From an uncultured Gammaproteobacteria bacterium (GTDB lineage: Bacteria > Pseudomonadota > Gammaproteobacteria > JAGOUU01): a DNA stretch of 58,780 bases. Shown here piece by piece: positions 27,095-37,946 of this stretch. Made by a program: the position numbers and the translations under genes. The notes under the pieces were generated by a model. It ran no database searches, was not told where the DNA came from, and saw only the letters and a program-made list of their open reading frames with translations. The stretch is taken from NCBI GenBank assembly GCA_964353115.1, contig CAYGUI010000003.1, forward strand, positions 1 through 58,780. The letters run 5' to 3'. Every line of letters starts with the position of its first letter. The stretch's first letter is position 1.

Positions 27095-29185
27095 ATGGAA
27101 AAGAAAATTACTAATATATTCATCTTAATTTTATCTTTTTGTATGTTTTCTATAAGTTACGGAAAATTAGTTGAATATAATCTCGATATAGATTACAAAA
27201 TTGTTAATTTTGCTAACAAAAATATTAAAACATTAGCTATTAATAACCAAATTCCAGCACCACTTATAAAAGCACGAGAAGGAGATATTCTTCGCGTTAC
27301 TTTTAATAATAAACTTGATGAAGAGACTTCTATTCATTGGCATGGAATTTTGCTCCCTAATGATCAGGATGGTGTACCATATTTAACTACAATGCCAATA
27401 AGAGCCCACACAAGCTTCACTTATGAGTTCCCAATTATTCAAAGCGGAACGTACTGGTATCATTCGCATACTAATTTACAAGAGCAACAGGGGCTCTATG
27501 GACCTTTAGTTTTTTTGCCAAAAACAAGTGAAAAATATAAAGAAGATCTAGTAATTATGTTCTCTGATTGGAGTAATGAAAATTCTAATACTATTTGGCG
27601 TCATTTAAAGATAGATGATGATTATTATTCACTAAAAAAAGATACCGTGCAGTCATGGCTTAAAGTATTGCAACATGGAAAGTCCGCAATCAAAAATCGT
27701 CTAAAAAGCGCCTGGACACGCATGGGGCCAATGGATGTTTCTGATGTTGGATATGATGCTTTTTTAGTAAATGGTTCTCAAAAGATATCGTATTCTAAAT
27801 ACAAAAAAGGCGATAAAGTTTTATTGCGCCTAATTAATGGCTCAGCGTCTACTTACTTTAATGTTGAGTTTGCAGGCGGTTCAATGGAGATTATTGCGGC
27901 TGACGGCCTAAATGTTAAGCCGATTAAAGTTGAAAAATTAAAAATTGCAATAGCGGAAACTTATGATGTTTTAGTAACTTTGCCTAAAAATGAATCTTAT
28001 GAACTTAGAGCAACAGCGGTAGATGGCAGCGGGTATTCTTCGACTATTCTTGGATCTGGCAAATTAAATAAAGCGCCGGATATGCCAAAACCAAATTTAT
28101 TTGTTGGCCATGATCATCATATGATGATGAATCATAAGGGTCACAATATGAGCCAAAGCATGGATCATTCTGCTCATAGTCATATGGAGCATATGAAAAT
28201 GGCTGTACCTAAAATTATCGAGCTTAATAATTATAAAGAACTAGCGGCGCCTCATAAAACAACTTTGCCAAAAGGGCGGCCAGAGCGAGTAGTAAATTTA
28301 GAACTCACAGGATTTATGGAAGGCTATGTGTGGTCTTTTAATAATAAAACTTTGTCAGAGGCAGATAAAATTTTAATTAAAAAAGGGGAGAATGTTAAAT
28401 TTGTTTTAGACAATAAGACTATGATGAATCATCCCATACATCTTCACGGCCATTTTTTCAGAGTTCTAAACGGGCAGGGGGATTACAGTCCGCTTAAACA
28501 TACTGTAGATGTGCCGGCTATGAGTAAGGTTGAGATAGAATTTGCAGCAGATGAGAAAAAAGACTGGTTTTTTCATTGCCATAATTTATATCACATGAAA
28601 TCTGGTATGGCACGAGTAGTTCGTTATGAAGGAACCGTTACTGATCCTAAATTAATTGAAGCTAAAAAAACTGATCCGTGGCCGCATGACGATACGTATT
28701 TTTTCCAGCCAAAAATTTCTGTGATGTCTAATAAACTACAAGGCATGGCGCGTGTATTTAATACCAAAAATACCGTATCGATTAAAGCTGAATATAATTA
28801 CAAAGACGAATATGATATTGATTTATTGTATTCTCGAAGATTTACTAGACATTTTTACGCTTATGCTGGTGGGAATTTCAAAAAAGAGCATGATGCACCT
28901 GATGACGGCAATAAAGGAGTTTTTGGTTTTACTTATGTGCTGCCATTATTGATTCATACGGATTTGCGAGTTGATACTAACGGGCATGTGAAATTTGCTG
29001 CAGGAAGCGATTTACAATTAACAGATCGGTTTGATTTTGAATGGGAAGTTAATACTGATAAAGAATATGAATTTATGTTGAATTTTGCCTTTAATAAAAA
29101 AATATATGCTAGCGTGAATTATTCTTCGGATTTAAATTATGATGAAAAGATAAAATTTGGTGCAGGTATTACTGTAATGTATTAA
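27095..29185 (+). CDS. Multicopper oxidase (CopA/PcoA type) with C-terminal beta-rich extension
   Basis: HWHG, WYHSH, HPIHLHGH, HCHNLYHM; His/Met-rich linker. Confidence 0.93.
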   Translation: MEKKITNIFILILSFCMFSISYGKLVEYNLDIDYKIVNFANKNIKTLAINNQIPAPLIKAREGDILRVTFNNKLDEETSIHWHGILLPNDQDGVPYLTTMPIRAHTSFTYEFPIIQSGTYWYHSHTNLQEQQGLYGPLVFLPKTSEKYKEDLVIMFSDWSNENSNTIWRHLKIDDDYYSLKKDTVQSWLKVLQHGKSAIKNRLKSAWTRMGPMDVSDVGYDAFLVNGSQKISYSKYKKGDKVLLRLINGSASTYFNVEFAGGSMEIIAADGLNVKPIKVEKLKIAIAETYDVLVTLPKNESYELRATAVDGSGYSSTILGSGKLNKAPDMPKPNLFVGHDHHMMMNHKGHNMSQSMDHSAHSHMEHMKMAVPKIIELNNYKELAAPHKTTLPKGRPERVVNLELTGFMEGYVWSFNNKTLSEADKILIKKGENVKFVLDNKTMMNHPIHLHGHFFRVLNGQGDYSPLKHTVDVPAMSKVEIEFAADEKKDWFFHCHNLYHMKSGMARVVRYEGTVTDPKLIEAKKTDPWPHDDTYFFQPKISVMSNKLQGMARVFNTKNTVSIKAEYNYKDEYDIDLLYSRRFTRHFYAYAGGNFKKEHDAPDDGNKGVFGFTYVLPLLIHTDLRVDTNGHVKFAAGSDLQLTDRFDFEWEVNTDKEYEFMLNFAFNKKIYASVNYSSDLNYDEKIKFGAGITVMY

Positions 29186-29192
29186 AGATTTT

Positions 29193-30401
29193 TTATTCAA
29201 CAGGGATTCCAAGGACAATGACTAAGATCATCATGAATAATAAAAAGCTGTAGAATAATACAGGCCAAAATATTTGCTTAATGCATTTGCAGCTTATAAT
29301 TGCTATTAATGTTAGGATTATTTGTGAAGCATAGTAAATAGCAAATGCTTTAGATGCTATAGGAATAATGCGGTAAATATTAACACTCCAGGTTAATACT
29401 AAAGTGATTAGAGTAATTAATAGATAACTGTTATTTACTGATATTTTTTTTCTAGTTGCTTCAGATATTAATCCGCCACTGCCAACAAGATCTGCAATAG
29501 CTGCGCTAAATTGACTCATAATTGCGGCTATAATTAAAAGTAGGGCTAGTGCAGGAGCCACAATGCGGCATAGGTTTATTACGGTAGTCTCACTTATTTG
29601 GTGAATATCATTAAAGACTACCATGGCAAGAGCTATAAAAAAGACGTAAATTACGCCTGAAATGTATTGTGCATATTTCATGGTTTTAATTCTCAAACTC
29701 GCACTATATTCATCTCCTATATAACGTGATGTTTCAAAGCCCTGGATAATAATTAGCATTCCCAAAATTTTCCTAAATCCAAGCCACCATGATTCATGTG
29801 GATATGCTTTTAAAATCCATTTTCCTTGCGTAAATAGTTCGGCATTGTATAAAAAATGGGTGACCATAATAGCAAAAATAATTGCTAATTTGGTATTAAC
29901 AGAATATATTTCAAAAAATTCTAAGATCGATAGACCACGAATTTTACCCATTATTCCAATAAATAATAATAGAGAAGAAGTCAAAATATTTTCATATAAA
30001 ATATTTTCAAATCCGATGCCACGAAGTGCAAAAGCTGATAATAGTTTCAAATAAAATGTTACAGAGATAATATATGCAAGACCCAGTGCAATACGAGATA
30101 TTTCTTCTAGGCGATAAATTCCATGCTCTGGCATTTTAATTAATAATGGCTCAAGATGTTTGATATTAAAACGCACGCTTGAGCCTAATGCATAGGCAAA
30201 AATTACGATCACAAGCATAATTAGTACTGCCCATTTTCCTGTAGCAAGTAATAGCAGGGGAGCGGATACTAAAAATCCACTACCAATTATTGATGCCAAA
30301 GGCGTTATAGTTGCATGCCAAGTTTTTGAGTTAATGATTTTCTTATGAAATAATGCCCAGAGGCCAAATAGGGTGGAGGCAATAGCGATAAAATTTAACA
30401 T
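29193..30401 (-). CDS. APC-like multi-pass membrane protein
   Basis: TPLASIIGSGFL, QGFETSRY; start ATG 30401 overlaps the upstream stop (TAATG). Confidence 0.7.
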   Translation of the reverse strand: MLNFIAIASTLFGLWALFHKKIINSKTWHATITPLASIIGSGFLVSAPLLLLATGKWAVLIMLVIVIFAYALGSSVRFNIKHLEPLLIKMPEHGIYRLEEISRIALGLAYIISVTFYLKLLSAFALRGIGFENILYENILTSSLLLFIGIMGKIRGLSILEFFEIYSVNTKLAIIFAIMVTHFLYNAELFTQGKWILKAYPHESWWLGFRKILGMLIIIQGFETSRYIGDEYSASLRIKTMKYAQYISGVIYVFFIALAMVVFNDIHQISETTVINLCRIVAPALALLLIIAAIMSQFSAAIADLVGSGGLISEATRKKISVNNSYLLITLITLVLTWSVNIYRIIPIASKAFAIYYASQIILTLIAIISCKCIKQIFWPVLFYSFLLFMMILVIVLGIPVE

Positions 30402-30760
30402 TATTCTACGATTAATCTCCCGCGATACATTCCCATTTGACAAGTAAATTCATATTCACCAGGCTTATCGATTTTTACATCAATTTGATGAATTTTATCG
30501 ACAGGGAGTTCCGCACAGATATCTAAATCTTTAAATACAACTACAGAAGAGCAGGGTGATTTATCTTGCCGTAAAAATTTTAGGTGCAAAGTCTGCCCAG
30601 CTTTGACGTTTATAACAGCAGGGGAGTAAATACCGTCGTGAACTTTTATTTCTATAGTATCGCCAGATATTGTGGTAGCTTGTGGTTTTTTAATTAAAAA
30701 CCACCAAATTATTAATCCTATTAAGACTAATCCAGATAAATTTACAATTATAGTAATCAT
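30401..30760 (-). CDS. Cupredoxin-domain protein
   Basis: N-terminal TM, YSP, C...V, FTCQMGMYRG. Confidence 0.85.
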   Translation of the reverse strand: MITIIVNLSGLVLIGLIIWWFLIKKPQATTISGDTIEIKVHDGIYSPAVINVKAGQTLHLKFLRQDKSPCSSVVVFKDLDICAELPVDKIHQIDVKIDKPGEYEFTCQMGMYRGRLIVE

Positions 30761-30761
30761 T

Positions 30762-32984
30762 TTATTTCTCCGAAACTTTAAACCAGCGTAATCTATTAGC
30801 GTTGCTTACAACGGTAACAGATGATAATGCCATAGCAGCGCCAGCAATCATTGGGTTTAATAATAAGCCAATAAACGGATATAAAATTCCGGCTGCAATT
30901 GGAATTCCAATGCCGTTGTAGAAAAATGCACCTACAAGATTTTGTTTTATATTTGTCAAAGTAGCTCCAGAAATAGCTATAGCATTGGTAACGCCGTGTA
31001 TAGAACTTCGCATAAGCGTTATATCAGCACTTTCAATGGCAACATCAGTACCTGAACCAATTGCAAAGCCAATATCGGCTTGCGCGAGAGCAGGAGCGTC
31101 GTTAATGCCGTCTCCTACCATGCCAACTATGTGTCCTTGAGTCTGTAATTCTTTTACTTTATCTGCTTTATGCTCGGGTAAAACATCAGCAAAGACTTTA
31201 TCAATGCCGACCTGCTTAGCCACAACTTTAGCAGTCGTCTCATTATCGCCAGTTAACATCACTACTTCTATGCCTAATTTTTTGAGGCGCCCTATAGCAT
31301 CTTTTGAATCATCTTTAATCGGATCAGCAACAGCAATAATTCCAGCTGCATTATTATCAATCGCCATGTACATTGGTGTATGACCTAGGTTGGCAAGTTC
31401 AAGGGCTTTGTTTTGTAGTGAATCAATATTAATATTATTTTTAGTCATTAATTTATCATTGCCGAATAAAATATTTTTGTTATCCAAACTTGCTGAGACC
31501 CCATGTCCCGCAATAGCAGCAAAATTATTTATTTTCAAAATTTCTAGATTTTTACTTTTTGCAGATTCAACAATTGCTTCGCCAAGAGGATGTTCAGAGC
31601 CGCTTTCAATGCTCGCAGCTAATTGCAGTAAATTATCTTGAGATAAATTATTAGCTGCATAAACTTCAGTGACTTCTGGATGTCCCAAAGTTATAGTTCC
31701 AGTTTTATCTAGAATAACGGCAGTTAATTTTGTAGCCTGTTGAAGCGCTTCGCCGTTTCGAATTAAAGTACCATTTTCTGCGGCTTTGCCCATGCCGACC
31801 ATGACAGAAATAGGCGCAGCAAGACCTAATGCGCAAGGGCAGGCGATAATTAATACGGTCATTGATGTTACTAAAATAAAGCCAACTTTAGGATCGGGTC
31901 CAAAGTTAAACCAAATAAGCCCAGTTAAAACAGAAATAACCATAACTGCAGGCACAAAAAATGATGATACTGTGTCGGCCAGGCGCGCAATTGGCATTTT
32001 TGTATTTTGTGCTTGCTGCACTAAATTTACAATTTGTGCAAGAGCAGTATCTTTACCAATGCGAGTTGCTTTAAAAAGAAAACTTCCAGTTTTATTGATT
32101 GTACTGCCAATAACTTCATCGCCAACTTGTTTTTTAACAGGGATGGGTTCACCAGTTAGCATTGACTCATCAACTGTTGAGTGTCCCTCAGTAATTTCAC
32201 CGTCTACTGCTATTTTCTCGCCAGGACGGACGCGTACAATATCATTTAATTGTACATCTTCTATGGGTATATCAATTTCTTGGCCATCTCGTAGCACTCG
32301 TGCAGTTTTGGCTTGCAAACCGATTAGGCGTTTTATAGCTTGCGATGTTTTACCGCGTGCACGAATTTCAAGTGCTGCCCCAAGATCAACTAGGGCAATA
32401 ATAATTAAAGCTGCTTCAAAATATACATGCTGGGCTAGAGGTGGAACGATATTAGGAAAAACTGTAATAAACTGTGAGTATATCCATGCAGTGCCAGTTC
32501 CTAAGGCTATTAGCGTATCCATTGTCGCATAATTATTTAAAAACGCCTTAAAGGCATTGCGATATAAATATCCACCAGAATATCCCATAATTATTACAGT
32601 GATAATTCCTATAATAAACCAAATAATTTGTCCCGCTGTTTCAGTGATGGGTGGGGTGAAATTTGTAATTCCTAGAATATAAAAAATAACCCCGAAAATG
32701 CCAGCTACAATAAATTTACGCATTAGCATTCTAAAACGCACAAATTCTTCTTGCTCTTCTTCTATAATATCGAATTTTTCAAATGGCTCAGCATCATAGC
32801 CAACGTTTTTAATAGCAGAAATTAGTGTGTCGGATGAGACATTACCGATTATAACAGCGGTTTTTTCTGCAAAGTTAACTTGTGCATTTTCTACTCCATC
32901 AACTTGATTTAATGCAGTTTCTATAGTTTTCACGCAGCTTGCGCAGCTGATATCTTTTAGAGATAGTTTTATTTGTTCGTCCAT
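30762..32984 (-). CDS. copA: Cu(I)-translocating P1B-ATPase
   Basis: CASC HMA domain, TGE, CPC, DKTGT, SEHP, GDGIND, YN, MALSS. Confidence 0.95.
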   Translation of the reverse strand: MDEQIKLSLKDISCASCVKTIETALNQVDGVENAQVNFAEKTAVIIGNVSSDTLISAIKNVGYDAEPFEKFDIIEEEQEEFVRFRMLMRKFIVAGIFGVIFYILGITNFTPPITETAGQIIWFIIGIITVIIMGYSGGYLYRNAFKAFLNNYATMDTLIALGTGTAWIYSQFITVFPNIVPPLAQHVYFEAALIIIALVDLGAALEIRARGKTSQAIKRLIGLQAKTARVLRDGQEIDIPIEDVQLNDIVRVRPGEKIAVDGEITEGHSTVDESMLTGEPIPVKKQVGDEVIGSTINKTGSFLFKATRIGKDTALAQIVNLVQQAQNTKMPIARLADTVSSFFVPAVMVISVLTGLIWFNFGPDPKVGFILVTSMTVLIIACPCALGLAAPISVMVGMGKAAENGTLIRNGEALQQATKLTAVILDKTGTITLGHPEVTEVYAANNLSQDNLLQLAASIESGSEHPLGEAIVESAKSKNLEILKINNFAAIAGHGVSASLDNKNILFGNDKLMTKNNINIDSLQNKALELANLGHTPMYMAIDNNAAGIIAVADPIKDDSKDAIGRLKKLGIEVVMLTGDNETTAKVVAKQVGIDKVFADVLPEHKADKVKELQTQGHIVGMVGDGINDAPALAQADIGFAIGSGTDVAIESADITLMRSSIHGVTNAIAISGATLTNIKQNLVGAFFYNGIGIPIAAGILYPFIGLLLNPMIAGAAMALSSVTVVSNANRLRWFKVSEK

Positions 32985-33038
32985 GATTTAGATTGTTATT
33001 TGGTATGGTGTGATTATAGCATTAGACTTAATGAATAT

Positions 33039-34172
33039 TTAGTCTACGCATTTACACCATGTACAATCACAATGCGATTTTTTTGCATAATTGGCACTAC
33101 GCTTTAATTTCAGCCGCATTCTGGCCCATGGATAAATTATTTTCCTTCCCAGCGATGGTTTGTATAATTTATACAGCCAATTGTGAGGGTTACTTTGGGA
33201 GTTAAGACTTTTTAAAACACGTTTGTATCCACGATTACCTAGAAAATTATATAAATAGCGGTTCACAAGTGCTGTTTTCATTGGGTCCTGCAAAGATTTT
33301 TTCCATAGAGAATTATATTGTTGATAAGGATACTTTTGAATGAAATTTTGAGCAGCTAAATGTCCTGAAACCATTGCAAAGCGCAATCCAAATCCCCATA
33401 GGGGATCTTAAAATCCTGCGCATTCACCAGTATATAGAATTTTTTCTTTAACGGCTGATTTCGGCAAAATGAAATTAACAGCACCTCCAAAACGGTGCTT
33501 ATTTTCCATATTAAAATTTAATTTATTCTGAAAAAATTCTAATGTGCGTTCAAGATAATGATTTTCATTATGGAAATCTTCAAACAAACATGTTGATATA
33601 GTTGCATAGTTATTATGAATTAATAGATACGCATAACCTTTTATTGCTAACTCATCATCTAGCACCGTATAAGCACCATCATCAAGCTCTGTATTAAAAG
33701 TATAGCCAACAGCAATAGCATCAGGTGCTCGCGGACCGATAGATACTATGCCGCCTTGTGGTAATTTTGTAAGTGTTTCTTCAAAAGAAATAGTTACACC
33801 AGCATCAATAGCCTGCTTTCTTAGCCCATTATCCAAGCTACCCGGGTTACTTCCTCGGCGAACTAAATAATAAAAAGGTTTTTCACTATGAAACGCATAT
33901 TCGTTATTATAATGATCATAACCTTTAACGTCATAACTTGGAGTAGCATCAAAATTTATTTGAATATTCATTGCATGAAGCTGCTCTAAAATATCTACAG
34001 TTGAACTCCAATTTTCTAAGCCCTGAAAATCATTGCTAAAACGTGCACCAACCGTTTTTCTTTTTTCATAAACAGTAACATTTATCCCTGCTCTGGCCGC
34101 AGTAATTGCCGCTACTAAACCTGATGGCCCAGCCCCAATAATTTTTAAATCCTTAGCTTTTGTTGCATCCAT
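33039..34172 (-). pseudogene. NAD(P)/FAD-dependent oxidoreductase (geranylgeranyl-reductase-like) with in-frame stop
   Basis: IIGAGPSG Rossmann motif; two ORFs in one frame: GECAGF-TAA(33408-33410)-DPLWGFGLRFAM. Confidence 0.85.
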
Positions 34173-34270
34173 AAAGGAACTCTCCTAGTTAATACTAGTA
34201 ATTTAGTCTATATTAGCCCTCTCTGTCAGGATAGTTGTCGTGTTGATTATCAAAAAGGAAGTATCAAAGT

Positions 34271-34765
34271 ATGGCCTCATATACTGTTATATTTAGAGAA
34301 GAAATTATAAAAAAAGTACTATCATCAGATAGAGAAGATAGTATAAGATCTATATCTGAAAAATCTGGCGTCACAACTCGAACAATACATCGCTGGGTTA
34401 CGCGCCACTTAAATCAATTACCATTTAATCAGCATTTATCTGATCTACGAAAAATAGATGCTGTTTTAGAAAATATAAATATTCCTATTGAAGTAAAATC
34501 TATGTTTTGTCGAGAGCATGGGATTATGCTCGAAGATCTAAATGAGTGGGAATTAGATTTAAAAAATAGTTTATCTGGAGGAGCAGTGAGTAAATTCGAA
34601 TACGGTAAATTAAATGCTGAAAAAAAAGAGTTAGAAAAATTATTAGCATCAAAAGAAAAGGAATTAACCGTAAAAGATAAAGCTTTAGCTGAAGCTGCTG
34701 CGTTACTAGACCTTCAAAAAAAAATCCAAAAATTATTGGAAAAAGAGGGTGTAAATTTAAGCTAG
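34271..34765 (+). CDS. IS3-family OrfA
   Basis: HTH, FCREHG, KDKALAEAAALL..QKK; A9 slippery run at 34716-34724. Confidence 0.85.
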   Translation: MASYTVIFREEIIKKVLSSDREDSIRSISEKSGVTTRTIHRWVTRHLNQLPFNQHLSDLRKIDAVLENINIPIEVKSMFCREHGIMLEDLNEWELDLKNSLSGGAVSKFEYGKLNAEKKELEKLLASKEKELTVKDKALAEAAALLDLQKKIQKLLEKEGVNLS

Positions 34766-35769
34766 AGACAAAGGAAGAAATAATAAAATTAATATCAGAA
34801 GCTAAATACAAGGGTGCTAGACTATATAAAATTTGTGAAGCAATTGGAATATCACTTCGAACTTATCAAAGATGGATTAAAAAATCTGATAAGTCTGACA
34901 AAAGGAGGGGAGCTTTAAAAAATACACCAAACAAGCTTAGTAATCAGGAAAAATCTCAGGTGTTAAAAATAGTAAATATGCCTGAGTTTGCGTCACTACC
35001 ACCTAGCCAGATAGTGCCTATTCTTGCTGATAGAGGCGAGTATATTTGCTCAGAAAGCACTTTTTATCGCATTCTTAGGCAAGAAAGAATGCAACATCAT
35101 AGAGGTCGCTCTAAGCCTCCACAAAAAAGACCATGCCCAAGGCTTACGGCATCAAGCCCCAATCAAGTTTACAGTTGGGGCATCACTTTTTTACCAACTG
35201 AAATAAAAGGTAAGTTTTATTATTTATACTTGTTTATTGATATTTATAGTCGCTATATTGTTGGTTGGCATGTAAATGATTATCAAGATAATAAGGTTTC
35301 AGCTAAAGTTTTCCGACAAATATGTGAATCTAATAATATTGAGAAGTCACAGCTTACGTTGCATTCTGATAATGGCGGGGCAATGAAAGGCGCAACAATG
35401 CTCGCTACTATGCAAAATTTAGGGGTAATAAAATCATTTTCCAGGCCTGCTACAAGCAATGATAATCCATTTTCAGAAGCATTATTCAAAACGTTAAAAT
35501 ATTGTCCCAGCTACCCAAGAAAACCGTTTAAAGATATTGAACAAGCTGAGCAATGGATGACAAAATTTACTCGATGGTACAATTATGAGCATAGGCATAG
35601 CGGAATAAACTTCGTTACGCCACACCAGCGGCATACAGGTTTGGAGCATGAGATTTTGAGTAAAAGAAGTCAAGTATATAATGAAGCTAGAGCCAAAAAC
35701 CCTAAAAGATGGAATTGTAAAACTAGATGCTGGGAACCTGTTGAGAAGGTCCATATAAATCCTGCTTAG
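34717..35769 (+). CDS. IS3-family OrfB (DDE), reached by -1 frameshift; first catalytic Asp appears replaced
   Basis: Frame open from the A9 run; SWGIT in place of SWDIT; LHSDNG; DNPFSE.LFKTLKY. Confidence 0.82.
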   Translation, partial: KKNPKIIGKRGCKFKLETKEEIIKLISEAKYKGARLYKICEAIGISLRTYQRWIKKSDKSDKRRGALKNTPNKLSNQEKSQVLKIVNMPEFASLPPSQIVPILADRGEYICSESTFYRILRQERMQHHRGRSKPPQKRPCPRLTASSPNQVYSWGITFLPTEIKGKFYYLYLFIDIYSRYIVGWHVNDYQDNKVSAKVFRQICESNNIEKSQLTLHSDNGGAMKGATMLATMQNLGVIKSFSRPATSNDNPFSEALFKTLKYCPSYPRKPFKDIEQAEQWMTKFTRWYNYEHRHSGINFVTPHQRHTGLEHEILSKRSQVYNEARAKNPKRWNCKTRCWEPVEKVHINPA

Positions 35770-35796
35770 AGGCGACAACTATGTTGACAACCACCG

Positions 35797-36093
35797 GTTG
35801 AAGTTTCAGTCCCCAATATAGAGCCTTATATGCATCATACACCCGTTTTGGTAGATGATATTATTTCCACTGCGCGTACAATGATTGAAGCGGTTAAGCA
35901 TTTTAAATCGACTAAAATTAAGGCTCCAGTTTGTATTGGTGTACATGGAATCTTTGCAGGAGATGCGTATGATAGTTTGATAAAAGCTGGAGCGGGGCAG
36001 ATTATTACATGCAATACGATTAGTCACTTTAGCAATGCTATAGATTTATCCACTATACTTAGTGGTAGTATTGAAAAACAATTAGGAGAATAG
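35797..36093 (+). pseudogene. 5'-truncated ribose-phosphate pyrophosphokinase-like gene
   Basis: VEVSVP...PVLVDDIISTARTM PRPP motif, HGIFAG, TCNTI; N-terminal part absent at the IS junction. Confidence 0.8.
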
Positions 36094-36097
36094 TCAT

Positions 36098-36397
36098 ATG
36101 ATGATGTTTTTATTAGATTTAGCATTTGCTAATGAGTTAATTGCAATGGCCGTTGGAGTTGCTCTTTTGGTTTGGGCTTTTCGTAATGACGGTGCAGGAG
36201 TGAAACTAGCTAGAGTTTTTGGTTATATAATTACTATAGCGGCTGTTTTAGGAGCTTTGTGTACTAGTTATTTTGGCTCCATGTACATGTTCAAAGGGTA
36301 CTTTAATAAGCCTATGATGATGAATATGCAAATGATGAATAAACAAATGATGCAGCAGCATAAACCAATGATGATGCAGGACCAACATAGGCGATAA
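36098..36397 (+). CDS. Small membrane protein with Met-rich tail
   Basis: Two TMs, PMMMNMQMM tail; GGAG RBS. Confidence 0.65.
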   Translation: MMMFLLDLAFANELIAMAVGVALLVWAFRNDGAGVKLARVFGYIITIAAVLGALCTSYFGSMYMFKGYFNKPMMMNMQMMNKQMMQQHKPMMMQDQHRR

Positions 36398-36399
36398 AT

Positions 36400-36618
36400 A
36401 TGCCAACGATTGTTAAATTACTATGGGTTATATTATTCCTAATACTGGGTTATACCTTGTGGATGGAGCACTATGACCATATAGTTGCCTATTTACCAAC
36501 GCTGCTATTAATAGTTGTACTTTTATTATGCCCATTGATGCATATTTTTATGCATCGTGGGCATAATGATCATAAAAATAAAAATGATCAGGATAGTGAC
36601 AAGAATTATAGCAAATAA
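36400..36618 (+). CDS. DUF2933-like membrane protein
   Basis: EH..H, LLCPLMHIFMHRGH. Confidence 0.85.
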   Translation: MPTIVKLLWVILFLILGYTLWMEHYDHIVAYLPTLLLIVVLLLCPLMHIFMHRGHNDHKNKNDQDSDKNYSK

Positions 36619-36631
36619 AAAGGGATAATAT

Positions 36632-37276
36632 ATGCATCATGGGGAAGCCGGCTATGGCATGTGGTTTGTAGTTTTAATTAATTCCGCTATATTTATCATT
36701 TTTGCTTTTAGTTTTTATCACCCCAAAACAAAACGTGATTGGCATAGTTTTGGCGCCTTTTCAGCATTTATTGTTGCGTTATTTACAGAAATGTATGGTT
36801 TCCCGTTGACAATTTATTTAGCGTCAGGATGGCTAGAATCTAAATTTCCAGGATTGAATATTTTTTCGCACGAGGCGGGTCATTTATGGCACACGATATT
36901 TGGATTAAAAGGCAATCCACATTTTGATATTTTTCACATATTAAGTTATATATTTATTTTAGGTGGTTTTTTTCTATTATCTTCCGCATGGAAGGTATTA
37001 TTTTTCGCTCAAAAAAATCATGTTTTAGCTACTACTGGACCTTACGCAAGAATTCGCCATCCGCAATATGTAGCTTTTATTTTGGTAATGATAGGATTTT
37101 TATTGCAGTGGCCAACATTATTAACATTCATTATGTTTCCAATTTTAACTTATGTTTATGTGCGGCTAGCAAAAAGTGAGGAGGGAGAGGCTATAGTAGA
37201 ATTTGGAGATGTATATAAAAATTATATGCAGAATGTACCAGCATTTATTCCGCATGTAAGTGGAAAAGGGGCGTAA
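36632..37276 (+). CDS. Isoprenylcysteine carboxyl methyltransferase/PEMT-family protein
   Basis: EMYGFPLTIY, TTGPYARIRHPQY, EE, Y...VPAFIP. Confidence 0.88.
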   Translation: MHHGEAGYGMWFVVLINSAIFIIFAFSFYHPKTKRDWHSFGAFSAFIVALFTEMYGFPLTIYLASGWLESKFPGLNIFSHEAGHLWHTIFGLKGNPHFDIFHILSYIFILGGFFLLSSAWKVLFFAQKNHVLATTGPYARIRHPQYVAFILVMIGFLLQWPTLLTFIMFPILTYVYVRLAKSEEGEAIVEFGDVYKNYMQNVPAFIPHVSGKGA

Positions 37277-37278
37277 TC

Positions 37279-37935
37279 ATGTGCTATTCAGCGACAGCTA
37301 GCTTTACAACAGCGGTATTATTAATTCCAGCAGGGACATATGCAGTTTATCAGTCAATAAAAATTAATAAGAAGTATTTATTGTTATCCTTAATTCCATT
37401 TTTCTTTGCAATTCAGCAGGCTTTTGAAGGAATGGTTTGGCTTGAAATTTCAAATAAAAATTTAATTATTCATTTTTACGCTGCAGGATTTTTATTTTTT
37501 GCATATTGGTTTTGGTTAGTGTGGATGGCTCTTAGTGCTTACGCAATAGAAGGGGATAAGCATAAACGCATATTTCAAATTTTTATGGTTTTAGGATTTA
37601 TTTATGGTGCCATAATTTATTTACCTATGGTGTTTTATCATTACAATAGTTTATTCATTCATGCCAAGCAAAACTCAATTCATTATCAAACTCCGGCATT
37701 ATTTTATGTAAATATTCCAATGTTTGTGCTTAGGTTAATATATGTATCTTTAATTGTTATACCTGTGTTGATGGTAAGTAATAGGTTGATACAGATTTGG
37801 GCAATTGTATTAGCGATTACTTTTTTTATAGCAGTTTATTATTATGAATATGCTTTTACTTCAATATGGTGTTATTTTGGTGCGGTTTTAGCTCTGGGAC
37901 TTTCATATATTGCATATAAAATGCCTAAAAAATAA
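37279..37935 (+). CDS. Membrane protein (DUF6629-like)
   Basis: MCYSATASF start, QQAFEGMVW, SIWCYF. Confidence 0.7.
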   Translation: MCYSATASFTTAVLLIPAGTYAVYQSIKINKKYLLLSLIPFFFAIQQAFEGMVWLEISNKNLIIHFYAAGFLFFAYWFWLVWMALSAYAIEGDKHKRIFQIFMVLGFIYGAIIYLPMVFYHYNSLFIHAKQNSIHYQTPALFYVNIPMFVLRLIYVSLIVIPVLMVSNRLIQIWAIVLAITFFIAVYYYEYAFTSIWCYFGAVLALGLSYIAYKMPKK

Positions 37936-37946
37936 GGAACGTTAAT

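Larger units (their letters stand above)
34224..35789 (+). mobile_element. IS3-family insertion sequence
   Basis: IRs TGTCAGGATAGTTGTCG / CGACAACTATGTTGACA (15/17); orfA/orfB in -1 arrangement; true ends may extend a few bp; no clear target duplication. Confidence 0.85.

Noticed and set aside
31786-32532. 248-aa plus-strand ORF
   Set aside because: Antisense shadow of copA with no independent motifs
33408-33410. Selenocysteine or pyrrolysine recoding
   Set aside because: The stop is TAA, not TGA or TAG; a nonsense change or error is simpler
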